This document shows positions 37,386 to 47,520 of a stretch of DNA of 64,000 nucleotides, one piece after another. This DNA is from a virus: positions 32,001 through 96,000 of the IMG/VR virus record IMGVR_UViG_3300046804_004848; one strand, 5' to 3'. Both the position numbers and the translations under genes were made by a program. Below the pieces are notes generated by a model. It did not search any database, was not told where the DNA came from, and saw only the letters and a program-made list of their open reading frames with translations. The first letter of the stretch is position 1, and every line of letters begins with the position of its first letter.

Positions 37386-37688
37386 ATGCTAGAAAAATTT
37401 GGCAAATTTTTAAGAGAATTATTTATTCACGGACCTAAAGGTTTAGAACCTGCACCACCTGCTGAAGCTAAACCCCTTGAGGCTAAACCTGCTCAAGATA
37501 GAGTAGAAGCACCTGCGCCAAAAGCGGAACTTAAACCTGTGCCTAAAGATAATGTTGTCATTGCACCTATTAAAAAAGAAAGAAAACCTGCAGCTAAAAA
37601 ACCTGCAGCAAAACCTGCATCTGAAGCAAAACCTAAGGCAGCACCTAAAGTAACTAAAGCGAAAAAACCACCTACTGCTAAAAAATAA
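37386..37688 (+). CDS. Lys/Ala/Pro-rich histone-like protein
   Basis: KPAAKKPAAKP repeats; AAGGAG SD; TAAATA upstream. Confidence 0.65.
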   Translation: MLEKFGKFLRELFIHGPKGLEPAPPAEAKPLEAKPAQDRVEAPAPKAELKPVPKDNVVIAPIKKERKPAAKKPAAKPASEAKPKAAPKVTKAKKPPTAKK

Positions 37689-37692
37689 CTGA

Positions 37693-38397
37693 ATGGATAT
37701 TCCGTTTTCATTAGATTTAATCAGTGATTTAAATTTATCAGACGATGAGCAATTTGATTGGACAGGTAACCAAACTTCATTATTTTGTATAGTAGCAGGT
37801 AATGTTGCACCAAGTTTAAGAAAATTACATCAGGTTTTAACACATTTAGGTACGCTATACAGGGGCGTTCTTTATATTGATGGGCAGCTTGAACATCAAA
37901 ATATACAACATTATGAGTCAAGAGTTGATCAAATTAAAACATTATGTGCCCCTATTCAAAATGTTATATACTTACATCAGCATGTAGTCATACTTAATGG
38001 TATAGCTTTTGTTGCAATTAATGGATGGTATCCTGTAAATTATCATAGTTACGATGCTACTCAACAAATGTATATTGATGCTCTTCGTATTAAAGATTTA
38101 GAATACCTTACTAGAACTATTAAAAACTTACAATCACATAATGATGCTAAACGTATATGCGTTATAACTAATAGTATACCAAGCGAACAATTAACATTTA
38201 AAGACCCTGATAATCATCTGCCTGACCCAATTGGTATCATTGTTTCATTAATGTCTGACATTAATCACAAAGTTGACCATTGGGTGTTTGGAAACTATAA
38301 TAAAATTATTGATGGTGTATATAATGGTAGACGGTATGTCAATAACCCCAAACTTCAAAATCAACCCTATTGGCCTAAACGAATTGTTTTAGGTTAA
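37693..38397 (+). CDS. Degenerate (probably inactive) metallophosphoesterase
   Basis: SDLNL, AGNV, DGQLEH and WVFGNY replace the canonical metal ligands. Confidence 0.6.
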   Translation: MDIPFSLDLISDLNLSDDEQFDWTGNQTSLFCIVAGNVAPSLRKLHQVLTHLGTLYRGVLYIDGQLEHQNIQHYESRVDQIKTLCAPIQNVIYLHQHVVILNGIAFVAINGWYPVNYHSYDATQQMYIDALRIKDLEYLTRTIKNLQSHNDAKRICVITNSIPSEQLTFKDPDNHLPDPIGIIVSLMSDINHKVDHWVFGNYNKIIDGVYNGRRYVNNPKLQNQPYWPKRIVLG

Positions 38398-38711
38398 TCA
38401 TCTACCTCTAGTTTAATTTGTAGTGGAAAACCATTAGAACGTGCTTCCATAGTCACTTCAATGCCTTTTTGTTCAGCAATTTCATACGGTAACACAGCAA
38501 CTACAGCACTGCCTGATTCATGTATATTATTAGTAATATCTATCGCAGTTTCTGCAGTGTATTGAAAATGGCTAATTAAAGTTGCAACAACAAATTCCAT
38601 GGTTGTAACACTATCATTGATGTAAATAATTTTATATAAAGGTGGTTGTGCCAACTTCATATTGGGTTTAATTCTTGTTTTTACATCACTTTTAGTATCA
38701 ATTTTAGCCAT
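38394..38711 (-). CDS. clpS: Clp protease adaptor ClpS
   Basis: PPLYKIIYINDSVTTMEFVV, IHESGSAVV, YEIAEQK and FPL motifs. Confidence 0.92.
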   Translation of the reverse strand: MAKIDTKSDVKTRIKPNMKLAQPPLYKIIYINDSVTTMEFVVATLISHFQYTAETAIDITNNIHESGSAVVAVLPYEIAEQKGIEVTMEARSNGFPLQIKLEVDD

Positions 38712-38736
38712 ATATATTCCTCTTAAATGTGAGAGG

Positions 38737-38758
38737 ACAGCGTAGCAAACTACGCTGT
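38737..38758. terminator. Stem-loop between hsp20 and clpS
   Basis: ACAGCGTAG-CAAA-CTACGCTGT. Confidence 0.55.
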
Positions 38759-38780
38759 TTACTCTGTATTTATTATTTTA

Positions 38781-39230
38781 TCACTTTGTATACGTGATTG
38801 CAATAGATTTTGGTTTCTTTTCTTCAGGAACTTTACGCTCTAGCGTAACACTTAAGATACCATTTTCTTGTATGGCACTAGTTACTTCAACATATTCAGC
38901 AATAGGCCATGAACGCTCAAATGAACGTGAGCCAATACCTTGATGAATATATTTGGTTTCTTGACCCTCTACTGTAGCAACTTGTCGCTTACCTTTAATA
39001 ATTAAGCTACGATTATGTACAGTAATATCAATTTCACCCTCTTTGAATCCTGCTACCGCAAGTTCAACAATATACTTGTCATCAGTTACTTCAATGACAT
39101 TGTATGGTGGGTAATTGGTAGTGATAGTTCCTTCATGTAAACGTGAAAGTTCATCAAACATACGGTCAAAACCAATACCAAATTTTGTGATTGTAGGAAT
39201 ATCAAACGAACGAAGTGTAAGATTTGTCAT
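38781..39230 (-). CDS. Small heat-shock protein (Hsp20/IbpA-like)
   Basis: IGFDRMF, NYPPYNV, ELAVAGF, HQGI..RSF and NGIL motifs. Confidence 0.95.
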   Translation of the reverse strand: MTNLTLRSFDIPTITKFGIGFDRMFDELSRLHEGTITTNYPPYNVIEVTDDKYIVELAVAGFKEGEIDITVHNRSLIIKGKRQVATVEGQETKYIHQGIGSRSFERSWPIAEYVEVTSAIQENGILSVTLERKVPEEKKPKSIAITYTK

Positions 39231-39330
39231 GTTATTTCTCCTTTATTTAAGCAAGATGACATTTGAATGTAGACCCAACCATTGGCATCTACATTAATAT
39301 ATATTTTACATTTTTTCGCAATATATGCTA

Positions 39331-40443
39331 TTATTTTTGGATAAACACATCATTGATTTGACGGTTTACTCTGATAAATGTAGTGCATTTAGGTAGTTGT
39401 TTAAGATTAGCTGCGCCAACATAGGTACACGTGCTGCGTAAGCCACCTAATATATCAAGTACAGTATTTTTAACTTGTCCTTTATAAGGTATTTCTACTG
39501 TACGTCCTTCGCTAGAACGATACTCTGCTACACCACCATGTGTTTTATTCATAGCAGTATCGCTACTCATGCCATAAAATTGTACGAATTTTTTAATGTC
39601 TAACATTGGTTCCATTTCATGGCTATGAGTATTATCATCATTCCAAACTGTAAGTGGATTAATTTCTGATGTATTATAATATTTTGTAATAACTTCTCCA
39701 CCACCTTCATCGTGTCCACCAAACATGCCACCTAACATTACAAAATCTGCTCCTGCACCAAAAGCCTTTGCAACATCCCCAGGACAAGTACACCCTCCAT
39801 CAGCAATAATATGTCCACCAAGACCATGAGCGGCATCTGCACATTCAATAATTGCACTAAGTTGAGGATAACCCACACCTGTTTGTACCCTAGTAGTGCA
39901 AACACTGCCTGGACCAATCCCCACTTTCACAATATCTGCTCCACGTAATATTAACTCCTGTGTCATATCTGCTGTAACTACATTACCTGCAATAATTGTT
40001 TTATCAGGCCAACGTGTTCTAACTTGTTCTACAAAGTCACCAAAATGTTCACTATACCCATTGGCTACATCAATACAAATAAATTGAGCACCAATACCTG
40101 TGATAATAGTGTTTAAGTTACGAAAATCTTCTTCACTAGTTCCTGTACTAACAGCATAATCATCTTTGTTTACATTAAATTCAGAAAAATTTTCAATGTC
40201 TTTGTTATAGGTTTTAATAAGGCAGGTAAATAACCTATGTTGACTTAATGTTTCTGCCATTTTTAAAGTGCCAACACCATCCATATTAGCAGCCATAATA
40301 GGAATACCTTCGTATTCATAACGGCTGTGTTTAAACCTATAAAATCTTAGCAAATCTACTTCTTTACGACTTGATAGTGTGCTTCGCTTTGGACGAATCA
40401 ATACATCCTTGAAATCAAGTAAGATTTCATTTTCAATTCTCAT
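39331..40443 (-). CDS. guaC: GMP reductase
   Basis: [46 protein letters not shown] and YRSSEG motifs. Confidence 0.95.
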   Translation of the reverse strand: MRIENEILLDFKDVLIRPKRSTLSSRKEVDLLRFYRFKHSRYEYEGIPIMAANMDGVGTLKMAETLSQHRLFTCLIKTYNKDIENFSEFNVNKDDYAVSTGTSEEDFRNLNTIITGIGAQFICIDVANGYSEHFGDFVEQVRTRWPDKTIIAGNVVTADMTQELILRGADIVKVGIGPGSVCTTRVQTGVGYPQLSAIIECADAAHGLGGHIIADGGCTCPGDVAKAFGAGADFVMLGGMFGGHDEGGGEVITKYYNTSEINPLTVWNDDNTHSHEMEPMLDIKKFVQFYGMSSDTAMNKTHGGVAEYRSSEGRTVEIPYKGQVKNTVLDILGGLRSTCTYVGAANLKQLPKCTTFIRVNRQINDVFIQK

Positions 40444-40453
40444 GGGATTCCTT

Positions 40454-40654
40454 TTAAATAATTAAAAACATTAGAAAAAATGCTGATATTAATAAGAACA
40501 ATACACCAACTTCTTCACGAATATCTAGTTCTTTGTTAATTTGTTCTATATCTTGTGGTGGCATACTCATTTTAACCTGTGGGTCAACATTCCATCGTGA
40601 ACTTGAAAGTGTAACCACTCCTGCAATAAAAAATACTACAAAAAATATAATCAT
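40454..40654 (-). CDS. Small protein with two TM segments
   Basis: Hydrophobic at both ends. Confidence 0.5.
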   Translation of the reverse strand: MIIFFVVFFIAGVVTLSSSRWNVDPQVKMSMPPQDIEQINKELDIREEVGVLFLLISAFFLMFLII

Positions 40655-40659
40655 AATGT

Positions 40660-41412
40660 TTAAATTTTATCTTTTATAAAATTAGATAAATCGCTTTCCC
40701 ATACAATTGTTACAGTATATCCCAATGATTCAAAATATTTTTGTCTTTGATAATCTTCATTCCATTTTTCCTTGGCTGTTTTTTTAAGTTGATGATGGTA
40801 GAAATCTGCGTGAAATATATTAGGATTACAATGCCAATAGTCACCATAAACTTCTATGATTGACATAGTTTCTTTGTTTACATAATCAGGCTTATACTTA
40901 CCTATTTTTATATTTGGTTGATAACTTGGTAAAATATTTTCTAAAAGTTTTTCTTTTTTACTTCTAGACGATTGCTTTGCTAATTCAAACGCACATGTAA
41001 CTCCGTATTTTTCTAATACAGTTTTATCTCTTTTTGAATAATATTCTGACTTATGTTTTTTGCCAAAAAAGGGCTGTAATTCTGTGGGCAATTCTTTATT
41101 CCAAGGTATTTGTAATCCAACGGCATTTTTATTCCATGGAACTCTTCCTTTACATGCATTAGATAAATTCTTGATCCACGATTCTCTATTTTCCTCTCTA
41201 GTTTTGTATCTACAAGAATTCCAAATTCTAGATTCTTTCATTTCTGGATTTCTTTTCCAATGTAATTGTGCTGAACAAGATTTGGAACAACATTCAGTCG
41301 CAGATCTTTTAACAAAATTATCGCACATTGGGCACTGCTTATGACCTTTTTGATACCCACTCTTATTATCTTTTCTTAAAGATATTCCACATCCACATTT
41401 ACAAATATTCAT
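40660..41412 (-). mobile_element. Free-standing homing-endonuclease-like gene (Vsr/DUF559-type nuclease with Zn and NUMOD3-like N-terminus)
   Basis: CKCGCG and PWNK repeats; YKPD..IIEVYGDYWH..D..R...LGY.V..VWE. Confidence 0.75.
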
Positions 41413-41438
41413 AACTTTATTTATTAAAGTTATTTGTT

Positions 41439-41825
41439 CTATGTTAGATTATGTTTTTTCTTGTAATCTGCTATTGCGGCTTCTATAGCAGACTCAGCCA
41501 AAATTGAACAATGAATCTTCAATGGCGGGAGTGCGAGTTCCTCTGCAATTTTCGTATTCTTGATAGACGTTGCTTCGTCCAAAGTTTTACCCTTAACCCA
41601 CTCCGTAACCAACGAACTACTTGCAATCGCTGAGCCACATCCATACGTCTTAAAACGTGCATCTGTAATAACACCATCTTCATTCACCTTAATTTGAAGT
41701 TTCATTACATCACCGCAAGCAGGTGCCCCAACCATACCTGTACCAATGGAAGTATCAGACTTATCAAAACTGCCCACATTTCTTGGATTTTCATAATGAT
41801 CAATAACCTGTTCACTGTATGCCAT
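41439..41825 (-). CDS. iscU: Fe-S cluster scaffold IscU
   Basis: YSEQVIDHYENPRNVG, GAPACGD, FKTYGCGSAIASS and KIHCS motifs. Confidence 0.97.
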   Translation of the reverse strand: MAYSEQVIDHYENPRNVGSFDKSDTSIGTGMVGAPACGDVMKLQIKVNEDGVITDARFKTYGCGSAIASSSLVTEWVKGKTLDEATSIKNTKIAEELALPPLKIHCSILAESAIEAAIADYKKKHNLT

Positions 41826-41976
41826 CTTTTTTCTCCATGGGTATTGTAGTTTCTAAATTTTCTTGTCTTGGAGGATTATCGTTATACTTAGTTAAAAAAT
41901 TCTGCCACGCCTCTTCTTCTTCGGGACTTACTTCAATTTCCATCCATTTTAGGTGACTATCGTTCATACCACACCT

Positions 41977-42186
41977 CTAATAAAGTTTTGTAGGTAATTC
42001 CTGTGTACGTAAATATTTTTTCCAACGACTTACTGCTTTGCCTCTAGCAATTTTTCTAGCGATGCTAGGTTTAGTATACTCTTGACGATCACGTAATTCT
42101 TGCATAATACCACTTTCAAGAACTTTCTTCTTGAATTTTCTTATGCCACTTTCAAATGACTGTCCTTCACGTATTACAACTTTCAT
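41977..42186 (-). CDS. rpsU: Ribosomal protein bS21
   Basis: V..REGQSFES.IRKFKKKV..G...ELR.R..Y.KPS..RK. Confidence 0.88.
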   Translation of the reverse strand: MKVVIREGQSFESGIRKFKKKVLESGIMQELRDRQEYTKPSIARKIARGKAVSRWKKYLRTQELPTKLY

Positions 42187-43436
42187 TTCTTTCCTTTTTT
42201 CAATAAGGTTCCAAGATAAGATTCTGCTTTAGGTTCCCAAAGTTTATTTAGCAAATTTGGGTCAACAACATGACTTTTATCTATGATAATTTTTTGACCT
42301 TTTAAAAACTTAGTATAAAACATAACCTTAAGTAGCACACGCTCAATTTCACTTTGTAAACCACGTGCACCTGTTTTTAATTCTAAACAATTTTCAGCAA
42401 TTTGTTCAATGGCATCTGCTGTAAAACTTAACTCTATTTCATCCAAACTTAACAAATACTGATATTGCTCAATAAAATTGTTTTTAACTTTAGTCAAAAT
42501 TTGAACCAATTGTTCTTTAGTCAGTTCGTTAATAGAAACACGACATGTAAACCTACCTGTAAACTCAGGAATCATACCAAACTTGGTTAAATCATCAGGT
42601 GAAACTTGCGATAATATATGATCCATAGAAGCACTTTGTCCAACCATCGCAGAAAAACCAATACTATTACCATGCAATCTACGTGAAATAATATCGCTTA
42701 ATCCAACAAAAGCACCACCTGATATAAACAATATGTTTTTAGTATTGACTTCTAACATATCATTACTTGGATGTTTTCTTTTACCAAGCTGTGGTACTCT
42801 ACAAACAGTACCCTCTACAATTTTTAATAGTGCTTGTTGTACACCTTCTCCACTAACATCACGTGTAATACTTGCGCTTTCGCTTTTTCGTGCAATTTTA
42901 TCAACTTCATCTACAAAAATAATACCACGCTCTGCTCGCTCAATATCACCATCAGCAGCAGCTACTAATCGTTGTATCATACTTTCAACATCATCACCAA
43001 CATAACCTGCTTCAGTTAATGATGTGGCATCAGCAATAACAAATGGCACATCTAAATATTTTGCTACTGTTTTAGCCATTAGTGTCTTGCCACCCCCGCT
43101 TGCTCCGAGAATAAGTACATTGGCTTTTTGTATTTCTAACTCTTTAGTTTCTGCTGTGATGCGTTTGTAATGATTAGATACTGCCACACTAAGTAACATT
43201 TTGGCATTATCTTGTCCAATGATATATTGGTCTAAAAATGTTTTAATGTCATCAGCATAAAAACTTATTTTACGTGGTGAATCATCCTCAAGTGGTTCAT
43301 CATCCTTGAGCAAATCATTACATAAATCAACACAATCACTACATATTGCAGTGCCTTCACCGACAATAAGTTTCTTGACAACATTTTTATGTTTGCCACA
43401 AAAACTACACTCTTGAAAATGATAAACTTCACCCAT
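42183..43436 (-). CDS. clpX: Clp protease ATP-binding subunit ClpX
   Basis: CSFCGK Zn domain; GGGKT, DATSLTEAGYVG, DEVDKI, ITRDVSGEGVQQ, IGF and TGARGL motifs. Confidence 0.97.
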   Translation of the reverse strand: MGEVYHFQECSFCGKHKNVVKKLIVGEGTAICSDCVDLCNDLLKDDEPLEDDSPRKISFYADDIKTFLDQYIIGQDNAKMLLSVAVSNHYKRITAETKELEIQKANVLILGASGGGKTLMAKTVAKYLDVPFVIADATSLTEAGYVGDDVESMIQRLVAAADGDIERAERGIIFVDEVDKIARKSESASITRDVSGEGVQQALLKIVEGTVCRVPQLGKRKHPSNDMLEVNTKNILFISGGAFVGLSDIISRRLHGNSIGFSAMVGQSASMDHILSQVSPDDLTKFGMIPEFTGRFTCRVSINELTKEQLVQILTKVKNNFIEQYQYLLSLDEIELSFTADAIEQIAENCLELKTGARGLQSEIERVLLKVMFYTKFLKGQKIIIDKSHVVDPNLLNKLWEPKAESYLGTLLKKGKK

Positions 43437-43444
43437 ATTTTTAC

Positions 43445-44557
43445 TTATCTTCCTACACAGTTACGCACAGCTTTTGTTTCTAAACGTTGATAATTTTTCA
43501 AATTATGTAAGTCAGTATTGTTTAAATTAACTACATAAGACTTAGTTTCCCAACGGTCGCCCCTTATCAATCCTGTGTTACTTCCTTGCAACATAACATT
43601 GTTTACTTCAATGTTCATGTCACATAATTGCAACAACACATTATTTGCTGCATCTACAAAACTAAATTGTATACCGCTACGTGAACTTGCAAATGTATTA
43701 ACTAACTCTTTGTAGTTACCCTCGTTTAGAGTAATTAAATCTGATTCACCTATTATATTACCATTTTGTCGCATAGTAAGTTTTACTGAGCGAATACCAT
43801 TACTGTTTCTTGCCATATGTATAGCACAAGATGTATCTATGCGTGTGCCATCACTACAACGACTATCAAAAACATTTAACAATTGTGGTTTTACTTTAAT
43901 TGAATCTAATAATGACCACAAACCATGCATAAATTTATAGCTAAATTTGTATTCGTAATTAATCCTAAGAAAAGATTGACGATTGTTTACACCACTTTCT
44001 AAATTTTGTACTTTAATATCAAAAGCACCTTCAGGATAAAAATTAAAATATGCCTTGATTAAATTATCTTGTGTCTGTCTACTTTGTATGAGTGATTGTA
44101 TAGCAGCTTGATGTTGGTCACCTTGAATGCTTTCCATTTTATTGCTATCACCTAATATTCTACCATCAATACTATTAGGTGAGGTTGTAACATCCATTTC
44201 TATACTGTAACGTCTTTGCGCAACACGATTGTAAAATTCATCAGTGGCTAGAATTGTGTAGTTTTTAACGTAACAACTACTGCTTGAAACAACACGGTCA
44301 GTTGCCAAACGTCCATTGATAGAACTACGGTCACTTATTACACTACTCCCCCATGTTTGATTACAAGCTTCTCTAAACGCACCTTGTCTTGCACTTTCAG
44401 GTGAATCTGCCTCTACTTTAACTCTAATTTTTTGTGTTGGTGGGTTATTAGGTAAATTTTCAATGACAAATTTAGTGACGCTAACGATAGTCCATGTATC
44501 AGTGGCACAAACTATCGTAGGCATTGTAAGTAGCAATCCTGCAAGAAACCTTTTCAT
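43445..44557 (-). CDS. Secreted protein with FlgT-N/LPP20-like N-terminal domain
   Basis: Signal peptide; ESARQGAFREA...G..V.S...S..YVKNYTIL pattern. Confidence 0.5.
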   Translation of the reverse strand: MKRFLAGLLLTMPTIVCATDTWTIVSVTKFVIENLPNNPPTQKIRVKVEADSPESARQGAFREACNQTWGSSVISDRSSINGRLATDRVVSSSSCYVKNYTILATDEFYNRVAQRRYSIEMDVTTSPNSIDGRILGDSNKMESIQGDQHQAAIQSLIQSRQTQDNLIKAYFNFYPEGAFDIKVQNLESGVNNRQSFLRINYEYKFSYKFMHGLWSLLDSIKVKPQLLNVFDSRCSDGTRIDTSCAIHMARNSNGIRSVKLTMRQNGNIIGESDLITLNEGNYKELVNTFASSRSGIQFSFVDAANNVLLQLCDMNIEVNNVMLQGSNTGLIRGDRWETKSYVVNLNNTDLHNLKNYQRLETKAVRNCVGR

Positions 44558-44558
44558 A

Positions 44559-45242
44559 TTATCGGCTCATCATACGACGAACATCTTGAATGTCGCCTGT
44601 ATGTCTTGCATCCCAACGATAAACAACGCTTACTACTTTTCCTCCATCAAGTACAGCGTTATCAACCAAACGCAATCCACTTAGAATACCTTTGTTATTG
44701 GTACGGATAAAATTATTCATAGTGGTAGCAATTTCTACTGCATCATTGCGTGTAGCAACGTTGACATTTTGTGGTGAACCTGCTGCTTGGGTAGGTTTAC
44801 CTTCAACATCAATGTCACTGATTGATACGTTTTGATTATCGTAATTACTTGCAATACGATTAGTTTTTTGGTCACGACCACGCTCAAGCGATTTACTAAT
44901 CATGTTTACACTAGTATCACTTGCTACAGTTTCTTTCCAAATAAAATCTATTAGTTTCTTCTTAGCATCAAGTTCTGCGACCTTGTACGCACTTTCTGTT
45001 GCGCTTGGGCTGTTACCCCAAACAGGAGCATATCCTGTTACTTCAATAGCTTTAATATCACGGAAAAACATACTGTATTCAACTTTTACACCACGTCTTT
45101 TAAAATCTTGTGTAACACGTTGCTCGCTTATTGCGGTTTGTTCGCCGCTGCGGATGCCTGGGTCGCTGAGCATTTTAGTTGCGGTTGAACATCCACCCAT
45201 GAACACAGTAAGTACAGCCATAGCTAAAAGACTTTTTTTCAT
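44559..45242 (-). CDS. Lipoprotein, LPP20/FlgP-like
   Basis: Lipobox (MGGC); VTGYAP..AYKVAELDAKKKL..I..ETV.S and GILSG motifs. Confidence 0.6.
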   Translation of the reverse strand: MKKSLLAMAVLTVFMGGCSTATKMLSDPGIRSGEQTAISEQRVTQDFKRRGVKVEYSMFFRDIKAIEVTGYAPVWGNSPSATESAYKVAELDAKKKLIDFIWKETVASDTSVNMISKSLERGRDQKTNRIASNYDNQNVSISDIDVEGKPTQAAGSPQNVNVATRNDAVEIATTMNNFIRTNNKGILSGLRLVDNAVLDGGKVVSVVYRWDARHTGDIQDVRRMMSR

Positions 45243-45274
45243 TTTTGCCTCACAAAAGTTTATAAGATAGGTGG

Positions 45275-45303
45275 AGTATACGTAATTTAAGATTTTTTGT
45301 CAA
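45275..45303 (-). promoter_or_regulatory. Sigma70 promoter
   Basis: TTGACA-17-TATACT. Confidence 0.7.
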
Positions 45304-46858
45304 GTGATAAACGTGTTTCTATTTCTTCACGCTCTAAATCAGTCAATGAATCTATGTCTATACTGCCATTTTTAAGACATTCAATCAAATAATCTAGATA
45401 ACTTGCATCTGTTATATAGGTACTATTTTGTTGTTTATCCACAACAATCCACTTTTTGCCATTAAATTTAAATACAATATGTGGTATACGATCAATACGA
45501 ATAAATGTATCGCCACTAAGTGCTTCTTTTGGAAACTCTGTACCATAGTGTATTTCATTAGGCCATGGTTTGTCAGCAGGAAAAATCAAGTCAGGGCGTA
45601 AACCTTTTAATGCTGCCATGCTCGTACTTTTACCTTCAAACGAAACATATTCATCAGTAGACTTAAACAATGGTCGCAATTTGGTTACATTTTCAGTAAT
45701 AATTTCTTCATTATTGTTTTTTGTAAGTGGTACAGGTTTAAATTTAATTGAATCAACTTCACTCGTAGCAATTGTATTATCAGCAGTCAACGTAATATCA
45801 TCTATGGTTGGTTCAGGAACTGTAAGCTCAGTAACAGGTTGCTGCACAATAGATGGTGGTGTATATACTTGATGTGGGAAACGGATGCCTGGCACTTTGT
45901 CGTTCCAAGGTTTTGTTAAATAAACTTGTTCAACAGGTTTGGCTTCTTCTTTAACTTCTTCAATAACTTCAGGTACAGGTTCATCAGGTTGTACAGTGGC
46001 TTTAGGTTGGTCAATCTGACCGTCAGTCAATGCACTATCATCTTTTTCATGTTTTGGTTCATCTTCTTTACGTTTTTGTAAACGATCTTCTCGTTCCCAT
46101 TTAAGGGAATTATTAGCAGCAAGTATTAAAATAATAGCTAGTGGATCAAACACAGCTACAATTAATATTATAACCCAACGTACAGCACGTTCAAGCATAG
46201 TTGCGTCAGGATTATCATCATAAATTAATGCTGCTATGTACTTGATAGGTCCAACCTCTGCCTCTACTTGTCGTAATTGACTAGCTACAGGAGCACGTTG
46301 TTCATTTAATTCTTTAATTACATTTTGTGATTTTGCAATATCATTTTGTAACGCAGTACGTTCTTTTGCTTGTTGTCTGCGTATTGCTACTGCTCGTTCA
46401 GCATTTTGCTCAGTTGTACCACGTGATAACAATTGATCAACCTGACTATCCATCTGTTGCAATGCTTTTCTTGCAGTTTCTATATTATCACGCTCTGTTT
46501 TAATTTTTTCATCTAATAAAGCAACTTGTGCTGCAACATCACCTGTTGGTATGCCTTGGTCAATATGTGCTTTAGATAGATAACCAAAAATACCCATACT
46601 TGTCAAAAATGCTAACGCAATGACAGCAGTAGTTAGATAAGTTTTTATTACCCATCCTGAACGTTTCCAATACATGTGCAACCATACGGTAGTAGTGACT
46701 TTAGCAATTTCAAGTACACTACCCATGACAATAATGGATATAAAAGCACCTGCAAAAATGGCAGTTAATCCAATGATACTATAATATGCTGCTATAACAC
46801 TTATAGATAAAGCAACAAATAGTGTCCAACGACTATAGGTAAAAAAATCTCTGAGCAT
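45287..46858 (-). CDS. Membrane protein with coiled coil (phage conserved hypothetical)
   Basis: AAYYSIIGL, TSMGIFGYLSKAH, EVGPIKYIA and VFDPLAI motifs. Confidence 0.75.
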   Translation of the reverse strand: MLRDFFTYSRWTLFVALSISVIAAYYSIIGLTAIFAGAFISIIVMGSVLEIAKVTTTVWLHMYWKRSGWVIKTYLTTAVIALAFLTSMGIFGYLSKAHIDQGIPTGDVAAQVALLDEKIKTERDNIETARKALQQMDSQVDQLLSRGTTEQNAERAVAIRRQQAKERTALQNDIAKSQNVIKELNEQRAPVASQLRQVEAEVGPIKYIAALIYDDNPDATMLERAVRWVIILIVAVFDPLAIILILAANNSLKWEREDRLQKRKEDEPKHEKDDSALTDGQIDQPKATVQPDEPVPEVIEEVKEEAKPVEQVYLTKPWNDKVPGIRFPHQVYTPPSIVQQPVTELTVPEPTIDDITLTADNTIATSEVDSIKFKPVPLTKNNNEEIITENVTKLRPLFKSTDEYVSFEGKSTSMAALKGLRPDLIFPADKPWPNEIHYGTEFPKEALSGDTFIRIDRIPHIVFKFNGKKWIVVDKQQNSTYITDASYLDYLIECLKNGSIDIDSLTDLEREEIETRLSLDKKS

Positions 46859-47064
46859 AGAATATTATTTATCGGTTTTTTTACTGCAAAAACCGTACTT
46901 TCTTATACCATCGGCACACAATGCCGAGTTATCTGTGTGATAATATCGTAGTTCTTGTTGGGGTATAATATCTTTTTCAGAATAATTCTTGTCTAAAAAC
47001 AGTAATAAATTTCTAAATAATACAAGTATGATGCAAAAAAATATAAGTCTGTATAGATGTGAAA

Positions 47065-47520
47065 TCATTTAGTGAGTTGATAAACCATCATAAAGTTATC
47101 ATATGCTGCTTTTACTGTGGGGTTTTGTAATTTTTGTGCAGCTTCATGCACAAGTGCAGCTAATCCACTCTCAACTGCTTCATATATACTAGGATATTGT
47201 AGTGGATGACATTCTTCTCCAAAAGCTTCAGACAATTTTATCCAAGCAATATTTTGTTCTTCAGTAATTGGAACTTTACTAGGGCGCATTTCCAAACTTT
47301 TACGCAATGATTTACTAATCTCCTCACGTGCAAATGTTGCTGCTGCAATTAATGGAGCAAATTCAGGATCTATGTTGTACTTGCGGATATAGTGGCCTGG
47401 GCGACTGATGACCAAATGACACCCTTCACTAAAAGCATTCTCAAAACTAGGATCATGTTCAAGAATAGGTATATACTTATGCCTAACTTTTTTATAAAAC
47501 GTTTCGCTCATAACGGGCAA
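47065..47520 (-). CDS. Hypothetical protein
   Basis: ORF in operon; ends NPTVKAAYDNF. Confidence 0.6.
   Translation of the reverse strand: MPVMSETFYKKVRHKYIPILEHDPSFENAFSEGCHLVISRPGHYIRKYNIDPEFAPLIAAATFAREEISKSLRKSLEMRPSKVPITEEQNIAWIKLSEAFGEECHPLQYPSIYEAVESGLAALVHEAAQKLQNPTVKAAYDNFMMVYQLTK

Noticed and set aside
39590-39700. Intein or intron in guaC
   Set aside because: The insert is only about 25-30 aa, in frame, with no splicing motifs; treated as a variable loop.
35529-43436. Bacterial chromosome or prophage-host junction suggested by clpP/clpX/iscU/rpsU/guaC
   Set aside because: Gene order is non-bacterial, composition appears uniform, and these genes are mixed with phage genes and TAAATA late promoters.
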